A DNA stretch of 64,000 bases from an uncultured Spirochaetota bacterium (lineage in GTDB: Bacteria > Spirochaetota > B62-G9 > DRHN01): assembly GCA_964460545.1 (NCBI GenBank), contig CAYWUT010000001.1, positions 21,320 through 85,319 of the forward strand, written 5' to 3'. Under the pieces are notes generated by a model. That model was not told the DNA's origin. It searched no databases and worked only from the letters and a program-made list of their open reading frames with translations. Positions 63,250 through 64,000 of this stretch are shown in pieces. The translations under genes and the position numbers were made by a program. The stretch's first letter is position 1; the number at the start of each line of letters is the position of its first letter.

Positions 63250-64000
63250 ATGGGAAGCAAGGTAGCCAAGTTCGGGGGTTCATCCCTCGCGAACGCCGAC
63301 CAGTTCAGAAAAGTAAAAAAAATTATCGAAGATAATCCCGACAGGAAATATATCGTTCCGTCAGCGCCGGGAAAACGGGCTCCCGAAGACAGCAAGATAA
63401 CGGACCTGCTCTATCTCTGTCACGCTCACGTGCAGCAGAACATACCCATGGATGAGGTTTTCAGGCCGCTCAGGAAGCGGTACGAAGGCATCGTCCGGGA
63501 CCTGAACCTCGATTTAGACATTGCCGTGTACCTGGATGAGGTCCGCGCACGCATCATCCGGGGCGCTTCCGCGGATTACACGGCCTCCCGCGGCGAATAC
63601 CTCAACGGCATCGTCATGTCAAGACTCCTCGGCTACGATTTCGTCGACGCCGCGGATGTCGTTTTCTTCGACAGCAGGGGGAACCTCGAAACCGAGCGCA
63701 CGCATCAGGCCATGAAGAAACGCCTGGCGGACCACGAACGCGCGGTCATACCCGGATTCTACGGGAGCTCGAGGGACGGAGAGATAAAGACCTTTTCCAG
63801 GGGCGGTTCCGATATAACGGGAGCCATCGTCGCGCGCGGCGTTCACGCCGATATATACGAGAACTGGACCGACGTATCCGGCCTTCTCATGTGCGATCCG
63901 GCCATCATAGAGGATCCCGAACCCATAGACGTGGTCACCTACCGGGAGCTCCGGGAGCTCTCATACATGGGAGCCAAGGTCCTTCACGACGAGGCGGTGT
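63250..64000 (+). CDS. lysC: aspartate kinase (N-terminal 250 aa; continues past window end)
   Basis: Manual translation MGSKVAKFGGSSLANADQFRKV... (KFGGSS kinase motif). Not in the ORF track because it runs off the window edge. Confidence 0.75.
   Translation, partial: MGSKVAKFGGSSLANADQFRKVKKIIEDNPDRKYIVPSAPGKRAPEDSKITDLLYLCHAHVQQNIPMDEVFRPLRKRYEGIVRDLNLDLDIAVYLDEVRARIIRGASADYTASRGEYLNGIVMSRLLGYDFVDAADVVFFDSRGNLETERTHQAMKKRLADHERAVIPGFYGSSRDGEIKTFSRGGSDITGAIVARGVHADIYENWTDVSGLLMCDPAIIEDPEPIDVVTYRELRELSYMGAKVLHDEAV

Noticed and set aside
1-64000. CRISPR arrays, rRNA genes, integrases/transposases
   Set aside because: None seen. No regularly spaced short repeats with unique spacers were found, nor a 16S/23S signature or recombinase motifs. 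The only mobile-element-like feature is the AT-rich TA cassette, which lacks a recognisable recombinase.

Overview
This is a high-GC (roughly 60%) bacterial chromosomal segment. It is densely coding, and housekeeping genes run on both strands. Many apparent ORFs in the six-frame track overlap real genes on the opposite strand or in another frame; these are typical high-GC antisense artefacts and were not called.

Well-supported housekeeping content:
- An addA/addB-type helicase-nuclease pair, translationally coupled, with the helicase running off the window start.
- fbaB, a murG-like GT28 gene, and the conserved ffs(SRP RNA)-dnaX-ybaB-recR block followed by tRNA-Ser(GGA).
- valS, dapF, purQ with a PurS-PurL fusion, ctp, hisI-hisG, tRNA-Leu(CAA) divergent from leuS, and a lysC 5' fragment at the window end.

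More unusual content:
- An island at about 10.9-18.5 kb that looks like a glucosylglycerate-type compatible-solute locus. It holds a GT81 glucosyl-3-phosphoglycerate synthase fused to a C-terminal PTS EIIA(Ntr)-type domain, a GH13_18 sucrose-phosphorylase-family (glucosylglycerate-phosphorylase-like) gene, two GT4-type glycosyltransferases and a HAD phosphatase.
- A strongly expressed-looking 61-aa protein next to that island that is essentially nothing but two tandem MshEN (T2SE_Nter) 24-residue c-di-GMP-binding motifs.
- A type II secretion / MSHA-pilus-like cluster (gspD-gspE ... gspF, then a gspC-like PDZ protein and a prepilin peptidase about 10 kb away). Its ATPase carries MshEN repeats, and a REC-GAF-GGDEF regulator lies nearby.
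- An AT-rich insertion that splits the gspDE / gspF cluster. It carries a lipoprotein gene broken at an A8 homopolymer and a mazEF/pemIK-type toxin-antitoxin pair with its own promoter and operator.
- An ispG gene that stops after the TIM-barrel domain, with no 4Fe-4S domain.
- An in-frame 15-bp tandem repeat inside murG.
- A 68-bp direct duplication of the yjbQ 3' end.
- A sigma70-like promoter with twin palindromic operators upstream of gspD.

No CRISPR array, rRNA, integrase or transposase was seen.
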